From NCBI GenBank assembly GCA_048885525.1, contig JBHLLP010000002.1, positions 1 to 64,000 on the forward strand: 64,000 nucleotides of DNA, written 5' to 3'. Shown piece after piece: positions 10,412 to 19,636 of the stretch (the stretch's first letter is position 1; every line of letters begins with the position of its first letter). The position numbers and the translations under genes are program-made. Source of the stretch: Candidatus Hermodarchaeota archaeon. GTDB taxonomy: Archaea; Asgardarchaeota; Lokiarchaeia; Sigyniarchaeales; SOKP01. The notes under the pieces were generated by a model that saw only the letters and a program-made list of their open reading frames with translations, was not told the DNA's origin and ran no database searches.

Positions 10412-11296
10412 TTAAAATTGTTTGAAAAGCTTTATATTTCTGCTTTTTATTATTCTTTTGAATTCAATTGATTGGTATGTAGAGGCAAATGATTCTTTTG
10501 CATCTTCAATTGCTCCATAAAAAATAAAATTGGAAAACCAGGATACAATAAACATAATACTAGCCCTTCTATATCTTGTGTGGTATTTAATATTCAACCT
10601 GGGGGAAGAATATTGAAAAAGAAAGAGATTTGCTGCTGTACCCACTGGAAATTTTAATGAGGTACTTATTAACTGATGAGTTTCAAGAATATGTGCTAAG
10701 CTTTCCAAATCGATAACTCCGCCATCAATCCAGAGTTTTTCAACACCTATTTTTTTTAATCCTTCGATTATATTTAGATTATTCGGCTGATTTCTTTCAA
10801 TAAGATATGCGTATCTTTGGGTTGAAGTCATATTTTCTGACCCAAGTACTAAAATTACAACAGATTTTATTTTGTAATTCTTAATGATTTCTATTTCCTT
10901 TTTGTTTTTTAAATTTGAAATTGTGTTATAAATATATTGATTTGGTTTAACTCCATGTTCAGTAAGATATTCGATTCCAGCTACTCTCGATTCGAAATTA
11001 CCTCCCAGTATAAATGGAGTGGTAAAATGATCAAGATAAAATTCCAAATAATTTATCATTGATTTAGGTGTTGTAGAAGATACTTCAATTAAATTAGGAA
11101 TTTTATATTTCTCAGATAATGATATTTGAGTTTCAATCCTTTTAATTGCTTTTGAAACATTAAAAACTTCTGGATTCCTTCTATCTACTAAAGTCTGGTT
11201 TTGATAAAAAATAGTACCAATTAAAACTGGGGGTAAATCAAAATTTCCCTTTCCTAATTTTATATTCCCATAGGAATAATATTCAGAATTATGCAT
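10412..11296 (-). CDS. MtrH-like (tetrahydromethanopterin S-methyltransferase subunit H family) methyltransferase, divergent
   Basis: PPVLIGTIFY, IYNTI, LKFPVGTAANL and FIFYGAIE follow the MtrH TIM-barrel pattern. No other mtr genes are adjacent. Confidence 0.7.
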   Translation of the reverse strand: MHNSEYYSYGNIKLGKGNFDLPPVLIGTIFYQNQTLVDRRNPEVFNVSKAIKRIETQISLSEKYKIPNLIEVSSTTPKSMINYLEFYLDHFTTPFILGGNFESRVAGIEYLTEHGVKPNQYIYNTISNLKNKKEIEIIKNYKIKSVVILVLGSENMTSTQRYAYLIERNQPNNLNIIEGLKKIGVEKLWIDGGVIDLESLAHILETHQLISTSLKFPVGTAANLFLFQYSSPRLNIKYHTRYRRASIMFIVSWFSNFIFYGAIEDAKESFASTYQSIEFKRIIKSRNIKLFKQF

Positions 11297-11525
11297 TTTT
11301 GATCAGTTATTAAAGATAATATTTAAAATAGGATTAAAGAACTATTTAAACTGGTTGATTTTTTAAGATACTTATACTTTTCAATTAATACATCTTATTA
11401 TAATTAGAGCAATTTTTATTAATTTATCTTATAAAAAATTTATTTTAATAAAAGGAATTAAATGTCAAAAAACTATTAATTAAATTAGAATTTACTAAAT
11501 TTTTCCAAAAAATAAATTGAATAAA

Positions 11526-11774
11526 ATGAGTGAAGATAAAATTTCATATATTAATATAGCAGCATATTTTTTAGCACAAAAAGGATATACCTACGATAAA
11601 TTGTGTTGGATGCTAGCTGAGAGGCAATTACTTATTCAAAAAGATCCTAGATATAATGTTGAAGATAGAATAAAAGAAAAAGCCGCAGAAATTTTTTTTT
11701 CTGGCCCCACTTATGATGTATTATGTTATTTAATCTCAGAAATAGATATAATGATGAAATCAGGAAAGAGATAG
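11526..11774 (+). CDS. Small hypothetical protein with an internal duplication
   Basis: ATG 11526 (MSEDK). Halves AAYFLAQKGYTYDKLCWMLAE and AAEIFFSGPTYDVLCYLISE align. Confidence 0.7.
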   Translation: MSEDKISYINIAAYFLAQKGYTYDKLCWMLAERQLLIQKDPRYNVEDRIKEKAAEIFFSGPTYDVLCYLISEIDIMMKSGKR

Positions 11775-11891
11775 AAACAAAATTTAAATATCAATTTTTA
11801 AACCAGTAAAGTTGGCATAAAGAAAATTAATTTTTAGTTTCAAATTAGCAATTTTTGAAGAATTTTTGAAAGAACCTTAAAAGATGGTTAT

Positions 11892-13097
11892 TTAATACAA
11901 ATGTAGTTTGACATCGCATTTTCTACAATGGCCTTTCTTTAATTTCTTAAAGCATTCTTCATGGTAAAGAGCATTACATTGAAAATTACTACATTGAACT
12001 GCTGTTTGGCCTTTCTCAAAAATCAAATAACAAACTGGGCATGCGTTAAATAGAGCTTCATCTCCAAGTAAACCTACGTTTTGAATATATTTAGCTGGCA
12101 TAATTTCGGGTTTTTGAGCAGTTTTATCTTTCGTTCCCTTAGTTAGAACACGTAATTTTTGTATTTGAGTAACTTCTTTAGGTATTTTTAGGAGATAAAA
12201 ACAATGTGGACACCTAGCTGTACCGGATCTTTTTACTTGATGATCTTTTTGAGAATCTGCCCACGCAACTAAACAATGTATATGAAATGGTGTAGTACAA
12301 TTAGGGCAATATCGCCCTGTAACATAAAAAGATCCTCTCGTGTAAGGATTTTGATCAGAAAAACAAATAGAGCATTTTTTAAAATCAATTTCTCCGCGTA
12401 TTTGTTTTGCTCGTTGTTCTTGGTCTTTTGTTAAATCTTGAACTCTTAATAGTTCTGCAGCAATTTTCCTAAGAAAAACGGGATTTTCGATCAAATTTTC
12501 TTTTTTGACTCCATAAGTTTTATAATTATCATCGGCAATTTCTTTCGATGATCTTATAAGAGATTCAAGATCATTATTGTAAAAGTATCGCCCACCTGTA
12601 ATATCACTTATCCTCTTAAGAATATTTTCTTTCCTTGTATTTCCAATACCCAAAGTGTCAATTCTAATATTTAGTCCTTGAGCTAGACGTGCCATCTTTA
12701 TCGGATCAGCTACAGTTCCCATATAATTTCCATCAGACATTAATACTATCCTGGGAGTCTTAGCACCAACTTTACGTAATTCAGCTATTAAAGTTTTAAT
12801 CGATAAAGCTATGGCATCACCCATAGCAGAGTAACCTCCACATTTTAGAGTATATAACACTTCAATGAGGTTATTTTCAAAATCTGAGGTGGTAAAGTCA
12901 ATAATCTTTTCTGCCTTATTAGAATATGCTATTAAAGAAAATGCACTTAAGTTATCTAGGTTAAATCTTTCTTTGATTAATGTTTTAATAGCAGAAATAC
13001 AACATGTTAATCGATTAGGCGCAAAATCCTTTCTAAACATCGATCGTGATGTATCTATGCAAATTACAAGATCTTCGGGGATTCTATTTTCAGACAT
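11892..13097 (-). CDS. vWA domain (Ssl1/p44- or Rpn10-like) plus two RING-like zinc fingers
   Basis: MIDAS-type DTSRSM..KDFAPNRL and MSDG; CSIC..CPNC..HIHC..W..CPHC and CPVC..C...C..YHEEC..CRKC. Confidence 0.8.
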   Translation of the reverse strand: MSENRIPEDLVICIDTSRSMFRKDFAPNRLTCCISAIKTLIKERFNLDNLSAFSLIAYSNKAEKIIDFTTSDFENNLIEVLYTLKCGGYSAMGDAIALSIKTLIAELRKVGAKTPRIVLMSDGNYMGTVADPIKMARLAQGLNIRIDTLGIGNTRKENILKRISDITGGRYFYNNDLESLIRSSKEIADDNYKTYGVKKENLIENPVFLRKIAAELLRVQDLTKDQEQRAKQIRGEIDFKKCSICFSDQNPYTRGSFYVTGRYCPNCTTPFHIHCLVAWADSQKDHQVKRSGTARCPHCFYLLKIPKEVTQIQKLRVLTKGTKDKTAQKPEIMPAKYIQNVGLLGDEALFNACPVCYLIFEKGQTAVQCSNFQCNALYHEECFKKLKKGHCRKCDVKLHLY

Positions 13098-13208
13098 ATT
13101 CTGTAAATTGTGTTTGGGATGTATCCTTTAAAGTATGGTAATTAATCTTTATGATTTAATCGATTTTTTAAATCTTTATTAATTATTAATTATATAAATA
13201 CTGCTTCA

Positions 13209-13262
13209 ATTAGATAAAGTTTATTTTTACCAAAAAAAAATATTATTAGATAAAGTTTATTT
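13209..13262 (+). repeat. 18-bp direct repeat ATTAGATAAAGTTTATTT x2 in a divergent promoter region
   Basis: Copies at 13209-13226 and 13245-13262. Each contains a BRE/TATA-like AAAG-TTTAT. Confidence 0.8.
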
Positions 13263-13304
13263 ATAAATTTAAGAATATTAGTAAAAACATAAATTTGATG
13301 CCTA

Positions 13305-14513
13305 ATGTCAGAAAATAGCAGCAAGAGTGTAGCGATTAAAGATTTTTTTAAAAGCAATATTCTCATCAATGAACTTGAAGAAGTTTTGAGATTGAAACCA
13401 GAATCACTCATCGGCATTGATAAGATTAGCTCTGATCATTTAATTGATGAAGGAATAAAAACTATTGAAGATTTAGCCAATCTTTCTGTATCCAACCTCC
13501 CTGAAATAAAGGAAATCCTTCCAAATATGTTATTAAAATGGGTAAAAGTTGCTCAAGTAATAAAAAATAATATAAAAGAACAACTAAAAAGGCATAAAAA
13601 AATATTGCTTACAGGCTTAGATAATGGAGGAAAAACATCTATTTTAGCAGTTGTTCAAGATAAATTCTCAATAATTAAATCTCTCTTACCTACAAGAGGT
13701 GTGAAAAGAGAGAAGCTAGACTTTTTTGGATACCCTATAATTAGTTGGGATCTAGGTGGACAAGTACAATATCGAGAAAAACTCTATTTCAATAGGCCAG
13801 AACTATTTTTCACTGAAGCAGATATAATATTATATGTTGTTGACTCACAAGATCCAGATAGAATTCCTGAAGCGGCAAATTATTTTAGGGAAGTATTAAA
13901 AGTTTTAACAGAGTTGAAAGAAAAACCTGAAATTTTAATAGTATTAAGTAAAAGTGATGAAGATATTCGGAAAACACTCCAATGGCAACAAAACGTGACA
14001 AGTGTAAAAAATAAATTTAGTAGTATTACCGATGAATTTGAGGATTTCACTGCGGATTATTGTGATACTACAGTTTTTCGACGAGAGACGATTATGCAAA
14101 TGTTTAGTGTTGCACTCAAGAAAGTATCTGATACCTCTGAAATAATTGAACACATTCTCGAGGAGTTTACAAATCAAACAGAAGCAAAAGCATCAAGTTT
14201 AGTATCGATGGATGGATTGATTTTTGGTAGTTTTACTAGAACAGATACTGATGAAATGATAGTAAATAATACAGCATTATTATTACAAACACTTTCAAAC
14301 TTTTATAATACAATAGGTTTAATGAGAGAAAAGTCAATAAAACTAGAGTTACCACTTAATGGGTTTACAATTCGAGGGGAGAAGTTATTTGAATATTCAG
14401 AATTACAGATCCCTGTATATTTATGGATGCTTTCTCAAAATCCAGAGTTATTAGAGGGGAAACTTGAATATTTTAAAGAACAATTACTTCCGTTGATTAA
14501 TCTCTTTCTATAA
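13305..14513 (+). CDS. Arf/Rag-like small GTPase with N-terminal helix-hairpin-helix-like and C-terminal roadblock-like domains
   Basis: G1 GLDNGGKT, G2 PTRG, G3 WDLGGQ, G4 SKSD; N-terminal LIGIDKISSDHLIDEGIKTIEDL; C-terminal SLVSMDGLIFGS. Confidence 0.85.
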   Translation: MSENSSKSVAIKDFFKSNILINELEEVLRLKPESLIGIDKISSDHLIDEGIKTIEDLANLSVSNLPEIKEILPNMLLKWVKVAQVIKNNIKEQLKRHKKILLTGLDNGGKTSILAVVQDKFSIIKSLLPTRGVKREKLDFFGYPIISWDLGGQVQYREKLYFNRPELFFTEADIILYVVDSQDPDRIPEAANYFREVLKVLTELKEKPEILIVLSKSDEDIRKTLQWQQNVTSVKNKFSSITDEFEDFTADYCDTTVFRRETIMQMFSVALKKVSDTSEIIEHILEEFTNQTEAKASSLVSMDGLIFGSFTRTDTDEMIVNNTALLLQTLSNFYNTIGLMREKSIKLELPLNGFTIRGEKLFEYSELQIPVYLWMLSQNPELLEGKLEYFKEQLLPLINLFL

Positions 14514-14581
14514 ATTTTTTTTTATTCGAATAAATTGGAAATCGAAGTTTTATACTTACAAACTTCTTATTTAATTATTGT

Positions 14582-14800
14582 TTACATCTCCTCTAAATCC
14601 TTATTTGCGGCGAGTAAAAATTCATTACATTTATCTAACATCTCAATCGCTTTATCTAACTGTCCCGCAACTAATTCTAATCCTTTTTCCAAGGCGATAT
14701 CTCTCCACTTTATAAAATTCTCTTTATGTGAATCGTTATGATCTGCCCAATGTTTACATAATTTTGTTAATTTTAATATCTCTTTATCTTGTTTGTCCAA
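14582..14800 (-). CDS. Small His-rich helical protein, putative metal-binding, downstream of cdhA
   Basis: LCKHWADHNDSHKENFIKW motif; TTG start. Confidence 0.6.
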   Translation of the reverse strand: MDKQDKEILKLTKLCKHWADHNDSHKENFIKWRDIALEKGLELVAGQLDKAIEMLDKCNEFLLAANKDLEEM

Positions 14801-15004
14801 AAAATCTCACTTCCTTAATGCTAAACCAATCTAACCATGAGAATATTCATTAACACATTAATTTTTAGTTTTTGTATTTAGCAAGAGTTGAATTAAACTC
14901 TCTTATTATTGAAATATTTTTTCAAACTAAATTTTCATGAAAAATGTTATTTCATTTCATTTAAATTAAAACAAAAAAAAAGAATTAAAAGAAGAAATAT
15001 AAAA

Positions 15005-17384
15005 TTAAGTTCTGCACAATCTTTTTAAGAGTGTTGGATCTATTATTTCTTTTGGTTCCCAACCTTTCTCCTTTAGATATGCTTGTATTTCATCCTTTAT
15101 ATTAATTGGGATATCCGCTTCAAGACGAATGAATTTTTCTAAATCGTTTGGGAACTTAACACCTTTATACTTCCGTTCCAAATCGATCCAATGAGATAAT
15201 TTTATCATTCGTCCCTTGGAGTTATCTGCGGGTCTTAAAGCCATTTTAGCAACTAAACAGATAGCTTGTTCAATACTTTCTGCTGTTGTCAATAAGTGCT
15301 CTGGACCAGGACCAACTAAATGATTTGCAGTTCCATCTCTAGCATTAAATACTTTCCAAACATACTCATCATCAGACCTTCCAATATACATTCGTCGATA
15401 CTCTGCTGCATGTGGACCAACAACAGCAGGAATACCTAAGCCATTTGCCATGCTAGCTATACTTGCCGCCTTCTGGGACATAGCACCCCAGGCAACGCCC
15501 ACAGCTCCAACTCTATTTAAAATATAATCTGCAATTTCTTCAAAATTACCTCGTAATGGTCTTCGAGCGAATATATTGGCTACTTTAATTGCGGCACCTG
15601 TAATGTGTGGATTGGCTACACATGAACCAACATTAACTAAACAGCCACGATCAAAATCTCCAGGGAAACGGTCATATAGAGTTTTACCCTCTTTGTCTTT
15701 CACAAGACCTATATCCATTGCTCCACAGCCAGATACTACTACAATATAATTTCTCATTAAGAATTCTTCAGCCATCTTATATAATTCTTGGATCTCATGT
15801 GCATAATTACCACATCCTATAATTGCAACTATTCCTGGAATCTCTCCTAATACGATTGGAGCCCCTACATTTCGTATCTCGGTATCTTGAATTGGACCTC
15901 TCCCAGCTCGGCAGTTATATTTCTCTGTCTTAATGTATTCTCGACCAGCATATTGTATTAATGTTAAAGGTGAAACGTTCTTCATACAATCAGATTCACA
16001 TCTACCACAACCTAAACAATCATGGAAAATAGTTTCTAAAACTGAAAAATCTGCATCTTTTGCCAAATTTATACCTTCTACAAGTGGGAGATCATTAGGA
16101 CAGTTTCTCTGACAGTTACCACAACCATTACAATTCATAGCCATATCTTGGCATCCTTTTTCATCTGGAACTCCACTTTTTCCTCTTCGAATTGGCTTAA
16201 TCTTAATAGCTGTCTCAGCAGCAACTTCACCAGCTTTAATTGGATCTAAGATTAAAACTCCATCCATTTTTCCACTAACTAAGTCTTCAACAATTTCTAT
16301 TACTGAATCATCTGTTCTGTCAGGAAAACCACCCATTATTTTCTCATTTGTGGTAATATAAGGTGCTCCAACTGCTTTTGATTCCTCATATGTTCTTAAA
16401 TTAACACATTGTTCATCTACCATAACTACATCTGCCAAACCAGAACGAATGTAGTGTAGTTGTCTTGAATAAGATCCAATTATTTTTGCTGCAGAATAAT
16501 AACGAGTAAGATCATGAGAAGTACAACAAATCGCACCTACATCGATTTTATCTTCATAGCCTTTCTCTCTTATATAATCTACTAATTCAACTCCTGGTGC
16601 AACATTATGTCCAATCATTAAAACTGTTGCTTTATTTTCCGTATCCATGGTACCCATCCCTAATTCAACAATCGGAACATTAGGATCTCCTATGGGCATT
16701 CCATACGCACATATTTGAACCGCATCTGAAATTTCCATTCCTACGGAATCACATAGACCTGCTAAGAAACTTTTAGATTCATAATCGAGATAACTTGATT
16801 CTTGACCAGTATGACCGGCTGCTAATAATTGAGTAAGGGTATAATGAACCCATTCCATTGCAGTTTCTAAATCCTCTAAATTCTCTGGTTTCATACCAAG
16901 AACTAAACGAGTGTGTGGCATTTCTACAGCAATATTATTCCCATAATTTATTGGTACATTTCCATATTTTTCTTTTAACCAATGAAGTAAATGATCTCCA
17001 TGAGCTGAATGGCATGCAGCACCAATACAACATGCAATCTCAACAATTCTAGCTTGTTGAGTCTCCATATTGATACCGCATGCACCAGTTCTGCCTTTAG
17101 AGAGATTACATTTGCCATATGTGCAATAGCCTTCGTAAAAGTTAATTTTCACAAATTAAGCAACACATATCGCAAATAGGCATATAGAAAGGTTTGTATC
17201 TTTCCATTAATTTAAAGAACCACGATCTTAAATCTCTCAACCCCGGAGATGGGTGGGGTCCCATTGGTTCCCATTCTGTCTCATCACCAAAAGATATTTT
17301 ACCAGTAGTCAATTCAAATCCTTTAATTGTGCCGAGGGGGCCTTTATATTCATCAATCTTTACCTTTGCTCCTCTTTTTTCCAA
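15005..17384 (-). CDS. cdhA: CO dehydrogenase/acetyl-CoA synthase alpha subunit; spliced join(17384..17157,17125..15005), 782 aa
   Basis: Exon 1 (76 codons) ends RYKPFYMPICDMCCL and exon 2 starts CTYGKCNLS. C-cluster ligand motifs (GHN, ICCT, DEQC, IGCG, SGCG, GSCV) and two ferredoxin-type CxxCxxCxxxC motifs are intact. Confidence 0.92.
17126..17156 (-). other. Putative 31-nt bulge-helix-bulge (tRNA-type) intron in cdhA mRNA
   Basis: Intron AUUUGUGAAAAUUAACUUUUACGAAGGCUAU. Exon-exon helix AUAUGUGU/GCACAUAU, central helix UGCU/GGCU, bulges UAA and AUU, intron stem UUUGUGAAA/UUUUACGAA. Cutting after nt 2 of each bulge restores the frame and the Cys motif. Confidence 0.8.
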
Positions 17385-17518
17385 AGGTTTCTCACATCAA
17401 ATTTTATTTTTAATTTTATGATTTTTAGATATTTGATTATAAATAGAGTTATATTAGATTTTATTTTAATTATTATATTCCAAAACTCAAAATCTAATCT
17501 ATATTAATTGAAAAAAGT

Positions 17519-17600
17519 GTGAAATTTCACTCAATTTAATTTATTTAGATTTAGTAATTTCAACAAGGTCCCCCAATACATAGAAATTTAACAGTTAAAT
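17519..17600. promoter_or_regulatory. Palindromic candidate operator sites upstream of cdhA
   Basis: Perfect palindrome GTGAAATTTCAC (17519-17530) and ATTTAAC-A-GTTAAAT (17586-17600). Confidence 0.3.
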
Positions 17601-17701
17601 GCATGATAGAACTCTAACTGAGAAGAGTATGATAAAACTGTTAAGAAAAAATGCTGAGAGCAAAATAGAATTGATAATAGTCTAATAATAAAAAATTATC
17701 T

Positions 17702-18295
17702 TTAGAGCGTAGATAAGAATTCTGAGACGGTTTCTCCGGAATCCTCATCTATGAGACTTTCTTCTAGTTCTACTCCAATGAAATTAAACTTAAATACACA
17801 ATTCTCAGTTCCTAATAAAACACATTCAATTTCTTCACCATCAACATCAATCTGCAAGGTTTCAAACATTCCTAGAAAAATTCCTTGATAAAGTAGACAT
17901 AGATTTTTAGCCATAATGTTATCAGATTCTTCCGATGTTAAGGATTCTGAGACTTTAATTAAGATATGGTCTTTTTTAAACAATCCTATTAATTCTCCAT
18001 AGCCCATGAGTTCTAATGCTTCAAGGTTCCCTTGGACAACTTCTTTTTTTGTTGCTAAAGGTTCTATACTCCAATCCTTATTATAGAAGAATTTTTCCGT
18101 ATATGATTTCCCAAGAGTCTTTCCTACCCAAATGAGTATATCATCTGCATTTGCACCAGCGAACTCAGAAAATTCGATTAAGTCAATTGGTCTTAGCATT
18201 ATTAAACGGAGATCTTTCTTTTGGTCACCGAAGAATAATTGTCCTAATTTCTCATCGATCATAACTTGTAGTTCCTTTTTAAGTCTTTTAGACAT
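17702..18295 (-). CDS. V4R (4-vinyl reductase) domain protein
   Basis: VGKTLGKSY, LELMGYG, LCLLYQGIFLGMF...EIECVLLGTENCVFKF. Confidence 0.75.
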   Translation of the reverse strand: MSKRLKKELQVMIDEKLGQLFFGDQKKDLRLIMLRPIDLIEFSEFAGANADDILIWVGKTLGKSYTEKFFYNKDWSIEPLATKKEVVQGNLEALELMGYGELIGLFKKDHILIKVSESLTSEESDNIMAKNLCLLYQGIFLGMFETLQIDVDGEEIECVLLGTENCVFKFNFIGVELEESLIDEDSGETVSEFLSTL

Positions 18296-18458
18296 ATTTT
18301 CTCCCTAATTTATTATAAATAGAGAATTATTAAGTTTTTATTACATATAATAGAAATTTAAACTGCTAGGTATTTAAATTTAATGTTTAGTACTTCAAAA
18401 CCCTAAAAATATTAGATTTAAGAATTTTTTATTTAAAAAATACTTTTAAATTATCAAT

Positions 18459-19457
18459 TTAAGAAGAGATCAAATCTAAAATTACCGGGATTACATTATC
18501 AATATTATAATTAGTTTTTACTGAAGTAAATAAGTAAGTCCATTTTCGATTTTGGATCTTGTCGAAATTATAAAAATTTGAAATTTCTTTATGTAAATTT
18601 TGAAGTTGTATTCCTAGAGATTCTTTAGAATGTATGACTAAATCAGTTTTATTACATATTATTAGTAATGGAATTCCAATTAATGCATCATTTTTCAATA
18701 TATTCCAAAATTCGTTTTTAGATTCCTCAAATCTTCTCTGATTGGCAATATCAATCATATAAATAATAATATTAGAATCTTGGAGTCCTTTCAACCATTT
18801 TGATCTGAAAGCTTTTTGTCCCGGCATGTCCCATACAGCAAATAATCCGTTTTCTTCAGCTGGAATATATTCAATATTGAATTTTCGTGTTGGAGTAAAG
18901 TAATTATCATTGAATTGGCCTGTTTTTAATCGTCTTACTAAGCTTGATTTTCCAACCTCATCAATTCCGAATAGGAAGACTTTGAAAAAGTTTTCTCTTT
19001 GATAATAATATTCAATTTCTGGAGGCTTTTCGATTACTTCATCATAAAATCTTCGAATATCAATAAACATAGAAATTAGTAAATTTTCAATTTCAATTTC
19101 TTCATTAAGGGAATATCCATTACCATTGTTTAATATTTCATTCAATAAATCCTTGAATATTTCCTTGTAGTCATAAGGATTATCTTCGTTATCAAAAATT
19201 AAACCAATAATAATTTTCCCGTTAATGCATGAAGTATATAAATTTAAATTATTAATAAATTGAGCAATAGGTTCATCAATTTTAAAATTATTTAAGGGTG
19301 ATTGTTGAGGAATATCTTTTTTATCATGCTCTTTGATAATCTTATTCACAAGGATTTTATCTTTGATGCTAATTATATCGCTAGGGTAACTATAAATATT
19401 AAGATCTGCTAAATCTTGAAATTTCTTTCCTCTGAATAAAAAGATGTTATGTAACAA
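18459..19457 (-). CDS. Arf-like small GTPase with N-terminal longin-like domain
   Basis: G1 GIDEVGKSS, PTRK, WDMPGQ, NKTD, TSVK; N-terminal IIIGLIFDNEDNPYDY segment. Confidence 0.85.
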   Translation of the reverse strand: MLHNIFLFRGKKFQDLADLNIYSYPSDIISIKDKILVNKIIKEHDKKDIPQQSPLNNFKIDEPIAQFINNLNLYTSCINGKIIIGLIFDNEDNPYDYKEIFKDLLNEILNNGNGYSLNEEIEIENLLISMFIDIRRFYDEVIEKPPEIEYYYQRENFFKVFLFGIDEVGKSSLVRRLKTGQFNDNYFTPTRKFNIEYIPAEENGLFAVWDMPGQKAFRSKWLKGLQDSNIIIYMIDIANQRRFEESKNEFWNILKNDALIGIPLLIICNKTDLVIHSKESLGIQLQNLHKEISNFYNFDKIQNRKWTYLFTSVKTNYNIDNVIPVILDLISS

Positions 19458-19636
19458 AAATATTTCCAGAAGGCTTAATTCCTATATGTTTGAAAATAAA
19501 AGTAACTTAAAAAAAGTTTGGAATCTTGCCGAATTTATTTACTTTTAAAGTTTTTGGTTTAGATCATAAAAGGCAATCAATTTTTTGCTATTTATAAAGG
19601 AAACTAAAAACAAAATATTAAAAAAGGTAGAGTTTT

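Noticed and set aside
14801-15004. Remnant cooT-like gene between cdhA and the His-motif gene
   Set aside because: The frames examined contain stops and the resemblance is too weak to support.
17142-17384. Treating the 80-aa ORF and the 715-aa ORF as two genes, a simple indel error, or a programmed frameshift
   Set aside because: A 1-nt fix or frameshift would leave about 10 extra residues inside the CxxCCxCxxGxC motif. Only removal of a 31-nt block restores it, and that block is bounded by BHB geometry.
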